The notes under the pieces were generated by a model. The model made no database searches, was not told where the DNA came from, and saw nothing but the letters and a program-made list of their open reading frames with translations. A program made the translations under genes and the position numbers. A DNA stretch of 64,000 nucleotides from Podarcis melisellensis (Eukaryota), in assembly GCA_964234715.1 (NCBI GenBank), contig OZ174280.1. The stretch is one strand, 5' to 3'. Below are positions 13,271 through 25,507 of the stretch, piece after piece (within the stretch, counting starts at the first letter, position 1; the number at the start of each line of letters is the position of its first letter).

Positions 13271-14665
13271 TGTGAACCAGACTACCAGGTGGTACATGAG
13301 TCCCATGTGTGTTTTCAAGCCTTCCCCCTATTTCATATAAAATGTGCCTTTTCTCAGTGCAGAAGACAGACCTGTCAGGAACATAGGATGTCACTCTAGA
13401 AAACTATAATTTTTATGGCTAGTTTGCTTCAGTTGTCTCATGCGCCTGTTTGGGGGTAAAGGTACCATGAGGATATGAAGGTTAGCAGTACCAGCATGCT
13501 CAGTTAAAGGATCTCAGGTGACTGGGCTGGAAAGGATACCTGCTTGAGATCTTTAACTGACAAACTTTCCTTCAGAGCTGCTGCCAGAGTAGACAATATT
13601 TGTGAAGATGAACCAATGCCAGTTCATCTATATGCCAGTTTCACGCATATAAACAGCTCTATTTTTGATTGCAGAAAATATATATAGGGTTTGAAGGTCT
13701 GGAGGCAGCCAAGTCATGAGCCCTTTCAGGTGCCACACATATACATGTGTTGGAGTAAGAGCCAGGGTATTGGTATATTAATTATGAAACTAAATCAAAT
13801 TCAGAGCACAGTCGTTTTCCATGCTATTTCTTAATTTTATTTTTGCTAGTGGGAAAACTTAAAAATGAACGTGATCCCAATTTGATTGCTGTGTTACTGA
13901 ACAATTCAGTTGTAGATTTAAAGTACATGTTGCAAACTTCTTCAAAATGGGATTTATATAGTAATTATACTAATGGAAGACAATCTTTGAAATTGTCGAA
14001 TAGTCTAGAAACTTGATGCATCAACACAGCAGTGGACAATACTATATAGGCTTTCCTTGTAGGCTAAACACAGACAGGATCAGTGCTGAGCTTATAACCT
14101 GACCTTTGCAATGCACTTGTTTCAAGAGGAATAAGGTATTTGGTTATGGGGTTTGGCTCCACCTGCAGGAAAGAGGAGGCAAAATGTGGGGTAACTAAAC
14201 ATTGCTTTTGCCAAAAACTGCATCTTGCTGTCTTTTCAAGTGAGATCCACCAATATTGGCTTGGTTCACTGTGGAGAAGGTAATGAACAGCCTCCTCTGC
14301 CACTGTTAAGAAGAGAATCACATCGTTTCTACCTTCTGCAAACCACAACACAAATGAGAGTTTGGAGTCTTTGCACTGCTGTGTGTTCTTATCACAGGTG
14401 AGGGGAAGTTGCATGTGATGAGTGAATGGAGTTTTGAACACTAAAAAGAGATACTCTTGCATTAGTTACAAAATTCCCTAGAATTTGTAGGGGGTTGGTT
14501 ACAAAAAGATCATGGAACTGTGCAGTTATTCTGGTTTTCTGTTACATAACAGGAAACAAGCATTCAACTCCTCTGTGCCATGCATACTTCATTTTACAAG
14601 AGTAATAGTTATTAATCAATTAAAGAAATTTTAACATACCCAAATCAAGGCACTTACTGGCATGT

Positions 14666-14776
14666 TTAAGGGTATATTTGTGGTTTTCTGAATGTCTCAT
14701 TAGAAATACTCAGTCTGGTAAGTCTTGCTCCATAATAATCTATGATGTAACTAGAGCCATCAGAAGGTCCAACGAT
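14666..14776 (-). CDS. TM2D1: TM2 domain-containing protein 1, coding exon 6 (last coding)
   Basis: ctcttttag|ATC...; IVGPSDGSSYIIDYYGARLTRLSISNETFRKPQIYP* with TAA at 14666-14668; donor GTAAGT 8 nt after the stop. Confidence 0.96.
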   Translation of the reverse strand: MVGPSDGSSYIIDYYGARLTRLSISNETFRKPQIYP

Positions 14777-14793
14777 CTAAAAGAGAAAGCATT

Positions 14794-14797
<4 letters not shown>

Positions 14798-14843
<46 letters not shown>
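14798..14843. repeat. (AT)n microsatellite
   Basis: Pure AT dinucleotide run just upstream of the TM2D1 exon 6 acceptor. Confidence 0.95.
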
Positions 14844-14846
<3 letters not shown>

Positions 14847-15677
14847 TTTTGAACAAAAATAAAACAAAATACAATTTTGAACAGTATATATGAAAAAGAA
14901 TCTATTAAAACCATTACCCTAGCCCAGCAAGACATAAAACCTCTAATTAGAGCTAAAACTACTTATTAGAGCTTATTATTCCAAAACAAATATGACTGGA
15001 ATTCTCTTTTAAATGTTAGTTGGGTGACTCATTTATATACTCTCCCTGCCCAGAACCCAAGAATGTTTACAGGCAGTCACTCATCCAGGCACTAACCAGA
15101 CTGAGACCTGCTTAGTTTCAGTCAGGTGGTGGGCGCATGAATCTTTAGGTGCAGCTGGGACTTAGAAGCAAACAAAAGCCACAAGATTCCTACAGGAGAA
15201 TATGCAGTAGCATGTATAAATTGTTACAACACGGCTGACGTTTTCTGAAGTTTCAACAATAGTGTGGAAATCACATTACCTTTACATGTGAATACTGACA
15301 CATATATTTCCACAAACATCTGTGTTTAAGAAATTCAGAAACACTGTTTTGTGTTTAAAAGAACCAGCTCTTCAAGTGTCAAGCACAATCAAATGTTTTT
15401 ACTAAGCAACAGTTTCAGCAACCATTTAAGGCCATTTAGGAAGTAAATACATTGTGCCAAAATAATCTGGAAACATTCCCTTTGGTAAACATCCTTCTCA
15501 TCCTCAACTTTCTTTAAATTAATATAAAAGCTGACCTAACTAAAAATCTGATCTTTGCACTAAAATGTTTAATTGACAGGTGTTTACAATTCATCCCAGA
15601 AACCTCACAAATTCATTTATACCTATGATGGCAACATGCAGTTTCAAGCACACTGTTGTAATGGATTAAGTTCAGTA

Positions 15678-16200
15678 CAGTGGTGCCTCGCAAGACGAAA
15701 TTAATTTGTTCCGCAAGTCTTTTCGTCTTGCGAGTTTTTCGTCTTGCGAAGCACGGTTTCCCATAGGAATGCATTAAAAATCAATTAATGCGTTCCTATG
15801 GAAACAGCCTTCAGACCAGGTCCGGGGACAGTCTGTCCCCCGACCTCTTCTGAAGGCCGGCGGGGGCGAAAGTCTTTGCTTCCCCCCCACCTCCCTTCCC
15901 AGGACAGCGGAGACTTCTCCGCTGTCCCGGGGCGATCTTAAAATGCTGGCAGGCGGCAGCGAAACCTTCGCTGCCGTCCCCCAGCATTTTAAAAGCCCCC
16001 GGGACAGCGGAGGACTTCTCCGCTGTCCGGGGCGATCTTAAAATGCTGGCGGGTGGCAGCGCTGCCGCCCGCCAGCATTTTAAAATCGCCCCGGGACAGC
16101 GGAGGAATTCTCCGCTGTCCCGGGGCGATTTAAAAGCCCCCGGGAAGGCAGGCAGGGGGGACAAAGACTTTTGCCCCCCCGCCCGCCTTCAGAAGAGGTC
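15678..16200 (+). mobile_element. Tc1/mariner(pogo)-type non-autonomous element, left part, with GC-rich internal hairpin repeats
   Basis: TA|CAGTGGTGCCTCG left end; three ggacagcggag...ctccgctgtcc hairpin units; inverted pair gacctcttctgaagg / ccttcagaagaggtc; no right TIR found. Confidence 0.65.
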
Positions 16201-16425
16201 CTGCTATTGCAGTCGTTAAGAGTCGTCAACAGGCTCATCACAGCTATCTGCCAATCACCCATTCCCACCACCCTTCTGAGTAATACCCCTCCCCACCTTC
16301 TCACTATATAGAAGGGTCTGGTAACTTCTGTTTCAGTGTATCTGAAGAAGTGTGCATGCACACGAAAGCTCATACCAAGAACTAACTTAGTTGGTCTTTA
16401 AGGTGCTACTGGAAGGAATTTTTTT
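16201..16425 (+). mobile_element. Penelope-like element terminal (pLTR-like) region
   Basis: CCAAT, TATATA, a hammerhead motif, then ttagttggtctttaaggtgctactgga, a layout recalled for reptile PLE ends. Confidence 0.7.
16338..16375 (+). ncRNA. Minimal type I hammerhead ribozyme motif
   Basis: GTAT-CTGAAGA-A-GTGTGCATGCACAC-GAAA-GCTC^ATAC: stem I GTAT/ATAC, core CUGANGA and GAAA, palindromic stem II, NUH triplet CUC. Confidence 0.7.
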
Positions 16426-18475
16426 TGTATTTCTATATTGTATAAAACTTCCACAAACATGTATTTCTTCCTTTGTAATGGCAAACTGAGAAAAGTGTCA
16501 ATACATGAAATTATTCTGCCAAAACTCCTCTTGAATCCATGAGTATTATATTTCTGGCATACAATAATTTTAAACCTTGAAAGTTATTTTTAATCATTAG
16601 CTGGCAGGTCCAAAACTCATCTATTCTAAGCCCCACTGCTAAAAACAAACAAACCCCACAAACCCTTCCTGTATTTTAAGCCAGAGAACTGTAATCACTG
16701 GCAGTTAACGTCCAAAAATTAATAAACTACCTTCCAAGTGTCAAAAACAGAGTGGAAATGTCTATAACTATGCTTCATAGCAACTTAATTGTTTGGTCCT
16801 GAAGTTTAAGTTCTATCTGCCACCCCAGGATTCCTTACCTACCCTACTAGTATTACACCTCTATGTTTTATGATATTGTGGTTCAAGAAGAGGTGTGGAA
16901 TTTGAGGGTAGAGCAAATCCCTTCAAATGAATGGAAGTTGTTTCTATTTTAGCTGTAAGGCACCCTGAGTCCCTGTCAGGAAAAAAGGCAAAGTATATAT
17001 ATAAAAATATTAATATTATAATACGTTGTTTGTCTTTAAATTTTTAACAACATGGTTGGATCTGATTGGTTTTTGAACTTATTTTCTGGGTCCTGGGGGG
17101 CTGTACAGGAGTAGATCGTATGAACAAAAGTTTGGTTCCAGGAAGCCATGATTCTTATTATGCCTAGGTCAAATATTTTAAGGAGAAAGCATAATTGGAT
17201 ACAGGGATAATTCTTCCTACAATTCTAACTTTGAGATAAACACAGTGATGGGCCCTATATCTTCCTCTGAAGATGTGTGTCTGGATGGTTGACAGCTCAC
17301 TGATAGCAGCACCAACGGGACTGCAGATGAGCAAATTATGGTTCTCCCAATTCTAATTAAAAACAAGGTAACATAGAGGATTTATCACTGTGATCCGTTC
17401 AAACCTGTGCTGGAACAATACAGATTTTGTTGTTTAATTGGGACTGGAATAAAATATTACTTTCATCTATTTCTGTTTTGGGGTAGCTTTTGATTGTACA
17501 AGTTTCCTGTTCAGAGTTTAAGAGTTACCTATTTCTCTGTTAATTAAACCAGGAAGCAACTGTTCAAGGAAAAGTGCTCCAGTTACAAACTATGGCATGA
17601 AAGGGGAGTGTAAGATATGAACTGGGTACTCAAGTTTGTGGTGAGTGATGTCTTCACCCGTTTTCCACTAATTGCTCGGGTGTGTGCCTTTGTACTATAT
17701 ACTTGTTACATTACAAGTTTATTTTTATGTTAACGGATATTTTCTTCCCTGTTTAGAGATAGAAGCCTTTGTTTGGGGCAATTAGTTTGAGAAAGGAGAG
17801 TACAATCTTAGCTAGGAACCAGGTGGTTTCAAGGATCTTCTTCCAGGCTTGGGCAGAATTTATAACATAGTTCTGATAAGGAAAGCTGAAAGACTCAGAG
17901 CTGAAAGTAAAGGAAGAGGCACAAATTTTAAATATTGGGTCAAGGCCTAAAGTAATTAAAGAGTAATTTTAATGAGCAAAGTATTCGGATTGTGTCAGAT
18001 GAGAGGGGCTCTATATTAGTGAAACTCATACGGAAGTGGACTTTACCAAGGAGGGGGCTTCTTTCTCTCTCCTGATATTTTCTTACATTTAGCTTAATTG
18101 GCATCCCCCTCCTCAACAGCACATTCCCTGAAGGCATGCTAGCTTGGTGATGTGGGGAGATGGAGAGTAGGTTGTCTGTTTGCTAAGACGAGGAAACGTG
18201 CTTCCAGGAGTAGCTTCATAGTTTTTCTAGGGTTTTTCCTTTTACATTCTATTTTTTATTTCCCCTAAACCTTATGAATTATTTTAGCTAAATATTTCCA
18301 ACAGAAACCAGTAGCCCTTACCATAGCAATTCTTGTAGATATAAACCTTTGCTTAATATTTTCCAAATTTAAAGTCATTTATTTACTCATTATTCCGTAA
18401 AGCCCTTAATTCTATCTCAATATTTGGGAAACACATATCTATGTATCATACATTTAATTTACTTGCTTTAAAATC

Positions 18476-18522
18476 TTAAGTAACTTAAGTAGCCCCATTA
18501 AGTAACTTAAGTAGCCCCATTA
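18476..18522. repeat. 22-bp exact tandem duplication
   Basis: ttaagtaacttaagtagcccca twice. Confidence 0.9.
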
Positions 18523-19754
18523 TTACATCTATTGTAGTATGATCACTTTTATGTAACTTTCTGTTTATTCATCTCATGCTTTCGCCATTTTAAATGGATA
18601 TTTACAATTTCTCACAATGTGCCAGTTATTTAGTCTTAATACATTTTAAAATTTACTTTCTTTTTGTGTGGTTCTGGCTCTTCAGTCACATAGAAATATG
18701 CTCGGTGGAGCATATTAATACAAATTGAATATAGAACCTGTTACTCATACTTGCTATTACATGTCAACCAAGAGAGCATGATGTCAAGAAATAGTGAATA
18801 TCAGTCAGATAGGTAAAGGTTAAGTCAACATTTTTAGCCGGCTGTTCAAGCTGAAATACATGGAGGCTAAATCAGCTCATATGATTTGGCAGTGCTTGGT
18901 TTAGATCACATACCAAAACATGCATTTTGAGACTAGCAGATACTGTGGCTTTATCTTTGTGGTTTTCAACTATATACAGACAACTCCCCATTTATGCAGG
19001 GGTTGCATTCCAAGCACTGTGCGTGTTGGCGGGATGCAAGTAAGTCCACCCTACCCCCTTCCAGAGCTGAAAATGGTGTGCGCATCAGCAGTCGCGCATG
19101 GCTTGAATGTGTGCAAATGGGGAGTTACATACTATGTATGTAACATAGGTTATAAGTAAAAATGAGGTGGCATGGGTCTATAAGCTGACTAATACTACAA
19201 CAATGGAAAGCAAAATCCTCCCAATTATGGAAGACCGGCCTCAGAACAAAACAATCTGAATATGTAGTTTTTAATAAATAAAAGAAATCTGAAATCTAGG
19301 AACCTCTCTCACACACTTTTCTGGACTGCCAGGCTTCATATATTTTATTAGTGTTTTCCCCTCCTCTCCACCCACCTCCCACATGATTTCACTTTTCCCA
19401 GCAGTGACTAAGGTATGGAAAAAATGTGTTCCAGGGGCCTCTTTCAGAAATGATACAAATATTTCATTGTTATATAACTCCTACTATTCAAAAATAAATT
19501 AAATGTTAATAAACTAGAGCTGATAGAATAAAAAAATTTGTAAAACACATTCTTTAAAAAACAGAATAGCCCTATAGCAAACTGCTTTTGAAACTGAGGA
19601 AAGTTTTAAAAGCAGTTATTGACATGGCATGGGAATCAGCTGTTCAAATGGGGGGAAAGAAGAATTCTGCTGGGCTAGCACAAGTCCCTTGCGGAAATCT
19701 AAGTAGCTTTTTGGATCCTAGCCAATGTCTTTTATTCTGATGTTGCAAGCTTAC

Positions 19755-19828
19755 CTGCATTGAAATCAGAATGAAGTCTATTAAACTACCGATTCCACAA
19801 AATCCTACTGTGCAGAACTTTAATAAAC
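19755..19828 (-). CDS. TM2D1: TM2D1 coding exon 5
   Basis: cacag|GT TTA...ATG CAG|gtaagc; (G)LLKFCTVGFCGIGSLIDFILISMQ, second TM helix; 74 nt. Confidence 0.96.
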
Positions 19829-22388
19829 CTGTGAATTAAGTGACAATCATACATTGAAGAGCATAAAAAGGTTTAGAGTGTTAGTTTTTAGACAACGATA
19901 TATTTTCCTTCATAAAACATCTTTCAATTCCTTAGAAGCCCTTGAGTATTATCCTGAAGAATAATATGTGTAACCAAGTAGTCATTTTTCAGTGCTTAGT
20001 TTACACACACACACACACCCCTAACTAGAATTTTTGTAGGGAAGAGAACTGGCTTTGACTGGTACACTACAATTAGCAAAATACTGTGGGTAACTTGGAA
20101 TGGCCACAAACACACACAGGGTGATATCCAACTAAGTAAAGAGTTAGACCCATTGAAATCAATAGACTTAAGTGACTTAAATTCATTTATGTTAATTGGT
20201 CTACTCTAAGTATGACAGCAGATATTACCCCCAGGCTATAAATTTAGACAGCTACATGTAAATGACTTCAGTACAGAAAGTATAAGGGGGCAAGAAAACC
20301 CTCTAAATTGATTGGTAGGGACTTGCTCCATGATATGATGGAAGATGGCCGTTGAGAATTTTATATTTATTTAATGCTAGGAATTCGTTTGATGCTGTGG
20401 CCAGGTCCCTGTCCAAACAGCTTCCAATTCAAGACAAAAGTGATAAAAAAGAACAGTGTTAATATAGTAGCAATGTTGTAGCAATTTAGGAAAGATTTGG
20501 AACAAACTACATTTGCTTACAAAGGAGAGCAGAATATTTGTAAGCGTTGTAATAATACACTGGAGTCACAGAACTGTCTATTTGTCTAACATGAAGAAGA
20601 ATGACAGACTTAATGGGTTGCTATTCCATTGGGAAAAACCAAAATGACACTCTATAATCTGAATAGGTTTCATTCCAAATGGGTACATGAGGATTGCTAC
20701 ACTTATAAAAATATGGGCAAATAAATAATTAAAACATCTTTAGCCAAGCATATAAAAGCACAGGCACCACTCCTGCCAACAGTGTCTCAAAACAGCAAGG
20801 CCAGCTACTACCAAAATATTTACTGGCAACAGGGAAAAAATGCAAAAATAACAGAAAAGCAACATGTGCCAATTCTTTAAAAGATACTTGTCTTCTACCT
20901 CTATAGCATTTTCTGCTGAGGCAACAGTCAGGGAAGTCTTCCTGTAGAGCTGCTTACATTTTAGGGACCTGACAGGCGCCTTATATGCCCAAGTACTGAT
21001 GTCTGGCAGTACATTTCATGCCAAGACGGAAAAGCTTTTCTAATGTGGAGTAGTCATTTTGTGAAGACAAAAACCATGATAAAATGCCTCTAAGAGATTT
21101 TTTTATGATTCCACACAAGTTAATATCTCTGAAATGTCTACTAACCTATTTTCTAAGCCTATGATATTCACATGTGAATGAATTCTCTTTTTTTAAAAAA
21201 GTTTCTTGGACTGGTAGATATTTTCCCAGACCCTTCTCAGTTTTGTTGTGTATGTTTGATAGGGTGCTGCCAATCATTTTGATTGCTGGTATCAATTGGG
21301 ACAACACTGATTTATCCTGACTTCATCTCAAGCCATGAAGAATCCTAGAAGGAACAAACACAAACACACACACACACACACACTTGCTCCATCAACTCCT
21401 TTTAACTCCTTGTCCTTAGTGAAGCATATGAGTGGGTGTTGTCAATCACATTGGCTGTTTTTGTTGTCTTTTACCCTGATTCTTTTCAAAAGTCCTATTT
21501 ATTTGGATAAATGAGTATACAACCATAGCCTCAACACACTAAACTCAGTGGCATTTACTCCTCAGCAAGCATGCATAGTATCAGGCAGATTGCTATACTA
21601 AAACCATGATTTTTTTTTACCAAGTTATGAATGTTTTCAGACAAAGCCTAAGCCAAATGACTTCTACCAGATCACATTGAGGATCAAATACCACCTCATA
21701 TTTCTTAGTAACTACAGTATTAAGACTGTGGAATACTCTAATTTTACAGGGTATACAGCCAAGAAGGGTATCAAAATGACAAAAGTAGTTTAAATTTGGG
21801 AGCAGGGAAGAAAGGAGACAAGAAAGAGGATATTTAAAGCTATGTGATTAATGTTGATCCCTATGAGGATTATAGGCAAAATTGAGGGGCATATCATGTG
21901 AGTAAGTTTTCAGTGTGGTCAAGGGCAGGACAGACTAGGGGGCTAATGCCTGACTGATAATTCACTTAAGAAAGGCTGCTGAGGGCAAGAGGAAAAAGCC
22001 CAAGCATTTATTAAGTTCTCTTTTTGCTCTTTGATACACAGATGCCTAGGAAGCAGGCATGGCCTGTAAACATGGAATTCAATGGAGAAGCTTCACAATG
22101 TGATCTGAAATGGCAGGCTTGTGAAAAATATTTACTTTTAAAATACGGTGGTTGATTTGACTAGCCTACCAACTGAGTTTTAATGCTTATTCATATATAC
22201 ATGGCATAAATTTAGGTCGCAAATTGTACTCATTACTTCACATTCTAGCTGTGATAAAAAATACACATACATCATAATCTTCAGTGTATCATCTTTGTTT
22301 ACAGTATGAATGGCACCTGCTCTTAATACTGCCTTGATGCATAGTGAGCCATAGCGGTGGCCTAATACTAAGAAGATAAATCACTCAC

Positions 22389-22480
22389 CTAATGCAGGAT
22401 ACCCTAGATAAAACCTATCTGCTCCCAGCCATCCAAGAAATAAAGACAGAGCCACTGCTACTTTGTAGGAGTAACCATTT
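22389..22480 (-). CDS. TM2D1: TM2D1 coding exon 4
   Basis: ttctag|A AAT GGT...TTA G|gtgagt; NGYSYKVAVALSLFLGWLGADRFYLGYPAL containing the TM2 DRF motif; 92 nt. Confidence 0.97.
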
Positions 22481-22523
22481 CTAGAAACAGGAGAGAAATG
22501 TGGATGAAAACAATTTGTTAAAT

Positions 22524-23363
22524 CAAACCACCTTGCCCCAGTGAGCAATCTGGCCGCTGAATTCTAAACCAACTGAAGTTTCCGAGCTGTCCTCAGAGGC
22601 AGCCCAATATAAAATGTTGCAGTAATCTAACCTATATGTCATCAGAGCATAGACAACAGAAGTTAGGCTACCTCTATCAAGATAAGGGCGCATTTGGGCC
22701 AGTAGCCAAAGCTGATGGAAGGCACTCCATGCCACTGAGGCCACCTGAGCCTCAAGGAACAGCAATGGAAGCTGTTCTACCTGCTCCTTCAGAGAGAGTG
22801 TAACCCCATCAAGAGCAGGCAACCTCTCATACATCCAGTCTAAGGAGTCACCCACTTAGCAGTGTCTAAGTCTCTGGATTGAGCTCCAGTTTCTTGGCTC
22901 TCATCCAGTCCATTAACAAGGCAAGACCTTAGTCCAGCACACCACTGCCACACCTGCAAATGGAAAGGAGAAGTAGAGCTGTGGGTTCTTAGCATATTGC
23001 TCACAACATACTCCAAACCTCTGGACGACCCCACTCAGTAGTTTCATGTATACGTTAAAACAGCATGGGGGATAAAATCAAACCCTAAGGACCGCAAAAT
23101 GAAGCATCCACAGAGCCAAACAATGCTCCCCAAGCATCACCCTCTGAGAACAACCATCCAAGTAGGACTGGAACCACCACAAAGCAGTGCCACCCACCCA
23201 CAACGTAGACAGCCACTCCAGAAGGATACCATGGCTGATGGTATTGAAAGTCGCTGAGAAGTACAGGAGAATTAACAGGAACATATTTTCCCTGTCTCTC
23301 TCCTGACAGAGGTAATCATACAAGGCGACCCAAGCAGTTTCTGTGCCAAAACTGGGCCTGAAC
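22524..23363 (-). mobile_element. L2/CR1-group LINE reverse transcriptase remnant in TM2D1 intron 3
   Basis: Frameshifted peptides LILLYFSATFNTISHGILLEWL (LDLSAAFDTVDH-like RT motif) and RPYLDRGSLTSVVYALMTYRLDYCNILY. Confidence 0.85.
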
Positions 23364-23572
23364 CTTTTAGATGGGAAGCAGTTTTACTACAATTTCTTAA
23401 AACTGATGTGTTACTCGTCTACACTCTCCTGTCATAGAGCTGAGAAGGAAGAGGGCTAAATCACACTTCAGACTAAGGAGGTGGCTGAAGTATATGAACA
23501 ATTTTATAATTAATTTAGCCAAGCTTTACAACAAGTGGTGGCATTATATATTGAACAAAAATATTCACTTAC

Positions 23573-23681
23573 ACGTTTCGACACTCTATAGGCTTGTAAA
23601 ATCCAATTTCCTTTCCAGTAAATTGGGTTTCATTCCCAAATAAATTCTTGCAAGTAATATTTGGTGCTGGAAGACAGGCGA
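23573..23681 (-). CDS. TM2D1: TM2D1 coding exon 3
   Basis: ttttgcccgcag|TC GCC TGT...AAC GT|gtaagt; (V)ACLPAPNITCKNLFGNETQFTGKEIGFYKPIECRN(V); 109 nt. Confidence 0.96.
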
Positions 23682-24226
23682 CTGCGGGCAAAAAAAAAAA
23701 AGGCATTCTGCACTAAAATCCAGGGAAAGGCCTCAAATACAGAACAAGTGAAATAAATATATGCATGTTTTTTTCAAGACAGCTAATACTACACATAGAA
23801 GAATACAACTGTACTACAGATTTAATATAAAATATTTTCTGGAAAAAGTGGAAATATACAAGTTAAGTTTTCTGAATTAACATTATAAAGTAATGACTAG
23901 CATGATAAAATAGTTGAACAAATTTATTTGCACCTATGACACTAAGCTGTGCTAAACAAAACATATATGACAAGACCGTGAAGTACAAATTAACATAGAC
24001 TATCAAGGTGCATAGAAGGTTGTGGACCAAAGATGTTCACATACCACTGTATATAAATATACCAATTATGCATTCAATTATAAATTGTGCCATACACAGT
24101 GTTACTGATCACCACTATACATGATCAGTATGGGGTGCGGGAACTAGTGTTTACCATGAACAGCATTTAGTCAAATAATATGCACCAGTGGTTAGACTAA
24201 AAGCATTCTATTGCCATACTCCTTAC

Positions 24227-24300
24227 CATATGCAGTGTGATTTGTACAGTTCAAAGGTTCTTGTGTTTCATTGTCTATTTTAGGATCTTCACAAATATAT
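24227..24300 (-). CDS. TM2D1: TM2D1 coding exon 2
   Basis: ttttccttaattattcaaAC|A TAT ATT TGT...TAT G|gtaagg; (Q)YICEDPKIDNETQEPLNCTNHTAY; 74 nt; AC acceptor. Confidence 0.94.
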
Positions 24301-25507
24301 GTTTGAATAATTAAGGAAAACAAATATAAACTGAACTCCCATGTTAAGTGTTCAACAATAACAACACAGTAAATTACGATAAATTGTTTTTATCTGCCTA
24401 AGATTTTACAGGCGGAAGTGGCCTGTTTTCCTTCTTATTACTAATATTTTGGGTATATAAACATATAAACTTTGTATTTGAAAAATGAAGTGCTTAACTA
24501 GGCTTTACAAGAGACACAGAGTTTCCTGGTATTTATCTATCTCTTCCTAATAATGTGAGACAAACAAAATGAAAGAGATCAGACAATCATATAATGGTTT
24601 AAATAAGCCAAAATCTGAGGAAGATTTTTGCTTGTACCCAGACAGCCCTTTGTATGAACTATAATTAAACCTATTCAGTATAGTTTCCCATTTTATCCAA
24701 TCCAGGAAATGGCAGTTAGCAGTTTCATTACAAATTAAGACACTATTAAACTATGGTTTAAAAATATGTTATTTAAAACATGGTTTAATATCCTGGCTTT
24801 CTTGCTCTGCTAAAACAATTAAATGTTGTACTTTTATCCACAACAAAATACGACCCAGGAGACTCAGATAGGTGGCCCATTTGTTTAGAACAGGTGTGGG
24901 GAACCTGTGGATCTCTAGATGTTGCTAAACCACTGGCTGTGCTGGCTGAGGCTAACAGGAGTTGGAGTCCAACAACATCTGAAGAGCCAAACTCTCCATT
25001 CTTGAACTAGACTTTTTCTGCTTAATTTTATTAGCATTCCTTTAATCCAACACATCACAGACTCAAATAAAGTGATTGTACTACATGTTACCCCAAAACC
25101 ATTTCAAAGACATCTTAGCACAGCGGCAGACAAAAGAGGGGTCACTACTCTTAACCCTTCCCCTACTTAGGGGTCCTATACCTTTTACTTAGGTTAAATA
25201 TTTTTTCTACACCTGATCACTGCCTGATGTCAGAAGGTTTAAACATATATTTCCTTCCATATCTTGCCACTTTGTGGCTGCCACCTTTTTGTGTATGGCA
25301 GAGCTACTGTGCCCCTTAAGACTACAAAAGATTCAACAGGTGTAGCTTCTGCCCAGCATGCAGCTGAAGTGGTGCGAAGGCCTCACCGGGTGTTTTAAAT
25401 CGCAGGAGCTCTGCCGAGAAAAGGGGCAGCCCCACGGCCCTCCCCAACCCATTGCAAGGCCCATCACCATGGCAACCAGGCGCTGCCTCCGCGCAGCTTC
25501 AGGATAT
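24301..25507 (-). other. TM2D1: U12-type AT-AC intron (TM2D1 intron 1)
   Basis: 5' splice site ATATCCTG (25507-25500), branch point TTTTCCTTAAT (24320-24310), terminal AC (24302-24301); joining here restores the frame G-Q-Y-I-C. Confidence 0.9.
24891..25005. mobile_element. Degenerate hAT-type MITE
   Basis: caggtgtggggaacctgtgg...agatgttgc...ggagttggagtccaacaacatctg; same family as 9306-9441. Confidence 0.55.

Noticed and set aside
15900-16130. CRISPR-like repeat-spacer array
   Set aside because: Vertebrate DNA; the spacers are themselves related and palindromic, and the unit sits inside a TA-flanked transposon.
17030-18680. Possible ancient L1/Tx1-like remnant in TM2D1 intron 5
   Set aside because: Only faint peptide resemblance; cannot be supported without a search.
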